Shown here: one piece after another, positions 61,750-64,000 of the stretch
Layout of the letters: each line of letters begins with the position of its first letter
Position numbering within the stretch: the stretch's first letter is position 1
Assembly (NCBI GenBank): GCA_003693705.1
Contig: RBZT01000564.1
Coordinates: 1-64,000, forward strand
Length of the DNA: 64,000 bases
From: Polymyxa betae A26-41
Lineage: Eukaryota > Protista > Endomyxa: Phytomyxea
Reading direction: 5' to 3'
The notes under the pieces: generated by a model
Told to the model about the DNA's origin: nothing
What the model saw: the letters and a program-made list of their open reading frames with translations, nothing else
Databases searched by the model: none
Program-made: the position numbers and the translations under genes

Positions 61750-64000
61750 TTATACGTCTTCAAAAGCAGCGCTTCTGATGGTGCCACCAACTGCAGTTGA
61801 CGCGCAGACTGGGAGCCAGAGTACGAGTGCACATATAAATACATAAATATAGATCCATGTGCCGACACCTCTAGCTGACGCCGCTATAAACACACCGAAT
61901 GCAATCGAGATAATCACCATATATTCTTTGAAATACCTTCCCTGCGATCTGACGCTGAAATAGCAAAGCACAGGGGTTGATATGAAAACGATTGGAAGAA
62001 TAACATTCAGCAAATCTGTATCCGAAAAATCTACGTACGGTATGTCCAGCAACTGATGGAATCCAAGTAAGAACAGGGAATTCACAGCTCCTACTAATAT
62101 AGAGGTGGGAAGAGCGATTGAAAAGTGCAGCTGGAAATAACAGTCGACCATAAAGAAAAACAAAGCGCCACAGCTAGAGCCGTTAAGGTACGAGAAAGCC
62201 CCAGACAAAGCTCCAAATAACAGAACATCAACATGATCCATGCCAGTGATATTTTGAACCTTTTTAAACATTTTCGCAGAAAGATAACGTTGTGCTATGC
62301 CCATCGTTAACGAATATGTAATAAATAGGGCGAAAGTAACAAGATTAACAAGATCTCTGTCGAAGACACCATCGACCAAAAAATAGGAAAAGATATTGCC
62401 CAAGATGGACCCTATTGTTCCAAACAGAGCCATATTCCACTCTATGGGTTGTCCGAGAATTCCATTCATCAAAGTAGCCATGCATAGAGCAGTCATCTGA
62501 ATCAATATACGTGAGAACACGGAAGCTAAATAAACTACAGCTATGAACATACCTGACCAAAATGTGTAGCAAGTGCGACCCTGACCTCTTCAGCAGTCGT
62601 ATCGAAGTTGATGTTGGTCAAAATGAACCCAAAACCGAAAGGAGTCCAAGATGAGATTATAGAATCACATGCAGCACCAAAGGCAGCCAAAGGATTTGAG
62701 GTCAATGATTTCCAAATCTAGCAGACAGCATCAGTAATTGCAGTTAAAATTCCGAAGGTCCTAACCGATGACGGATCCGTAAAGAATGTTAGGCAAATTG
62801 CTGAAATTCCAAGGAACAAAGCAGTCGATAAGAGTGGTGATCGTCGCAGCTGGCGCAAAACAGCTAATGGGGCCTTGCTAAGTAATGAGATAGACCTAGT
62901 TGACCGGTCGTCATTTTTGGACTTCTTGTGTAAGTCTTTCGAAATCATTTCGCGGATCTCTACTGGAACGAACTTCAGCAGGTCTTGGGTTTGTGTGAAC
63001 TCACGAGCAATATCTCTTAAAGCGCTCATTACTACACCAAGATAACCTATAATGAGCAATTCAGCACGAAATGTTCGGGTGCTCATTTGAAGAGATTCCA
63101 GACCGTATATATTGATGATGATAACCATGGCAATCAAAGTGTAGCCTAAATCTAACTGCCCACAGATCAGACAGTGCGGTGCTAGTCAAATCGTAAGCTC
63201 ACCCGTTCGACCGCTAGTTGAGCTCGGTCAACTGTGAGAAGGTGAGCGAAATAGCGAGCGGTGTTTCCATTGAAGTTGTTGTCGATTTTCAACGCCAGAT
63301 TCAAGTCATGAGATTGGAGTTGCGCCCTTAGGAAGTCATTTCGTGCTTGAATACCGGGAGCGAAACTCGGATCCGATCGAATATCTAAAATGCGATTGAA
63401 AGTGGCAACCAAACTAAAGATTGACTACCGACTTTTGATTAAGGAATCCATATCCGTAATGATTTGCGGTATCAGACGAACTAATTCTGCTAAAAGCGCT
63501 TGCCGACCGTTGCGAGCAAGCCCATTAGAAAACGTCCCGCAATCCGGTGCAGCAGTAGCCACATCCGGAATGAAGCAGACATCGGAAAACTCCAGTTCAA
63601 AATGGCCATTGCCTGCAGTTAAATAGCCTGGATAGTAATCGCCGCCCAAGTCACCGCCGAAGATTAACGCTCTTCGCTGAATTTCAGACATGGCAATATC
63701 AGCGTCGATGGAGGCATGAAGACCGGCTGTGTTGTTAACAGCATCATGCGAAAGTAGCATGTCTGCAGATACGAGTAGCAATTCCCGAGTATTAAATAGA
63801 GCTCGCCGCAATAAGGCTGCAGATCGCCACCCAAATTGAAAGCGAACTGGTAAGGGTGCTCTGGAGTGAGCCTGAAAACTTATAAGTGAAGCATGGAAAA
63901 TTATACTTTGGATCACCACCTGACTCAAAATGCCGACATGTCTGTACGTGAAGAAGAACGTGTAAAGGACGACAAGTTGACCGAATTTCAGGAAGTAGCG
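61750..64000 (-). CDS. Tandem paralog (copy 2, 3' part only) of the TmcB-like/TauE-like fusion gene
   Basis: Collinear with 54862-57120, with the same intron positions and shared peptides TFSNGLARNGRQAL, LRDIAREF.QTQDLLKFVP, SSWTPFGFG and STAVGGTIRSAAFED. The frame is intact after splicing. Confidence 0.85.

Overview
This is a gene-dense eukaryotic (protist-like) genomic window with many short (~45-60 nt) GT-AG introns, so most ORF-track entries are exon fragments or antisense shadows. I reconstructed about 28 genes by eye. Housekeeping genes are U2SURP, a PP2C, a Zn-ADH, a PSTAIRE CDK, CCT7, PHB2, an LMBR1-like protein, NDUFS4, ACAD10/11, a Sec14-like protein, La, a CEP57-like protein, SUV3, a Qb-SNARE, an EF-hand/WD40 protein and a RING-H2 protein. 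A MULE-like transposase fragment sits at the left edge. The compact introns, 7TM-RGS gene and centriolar/flagellar-type genes would fit a phytomyxid-like protist, but that is inference only. The most unusual items are: (1) a tandem pair of TmcB/C-type multi-TM proteins (PAS domain visible in copy 1) that end in a TauE/SafE-like transporter domain, a candidate transceptor (54.9-64 kb); (2) an ~881-aa fusion of two bacterial-type YbjN domains, a discoidin-like domain and a pseudokinase (24.9-27.6 kb); (3) a secreted stand-alone subtilase-prodomain-like protein next to two EGF-domain ABCG half-transporters (9.6-17.7 kb); (4) a large secreted repeat protein whose only visible intron is in-frame and encodes a hydrophobic segment. 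Family assignments come from motif recognition, not database searches. Several single-base indels may be assembly errors.
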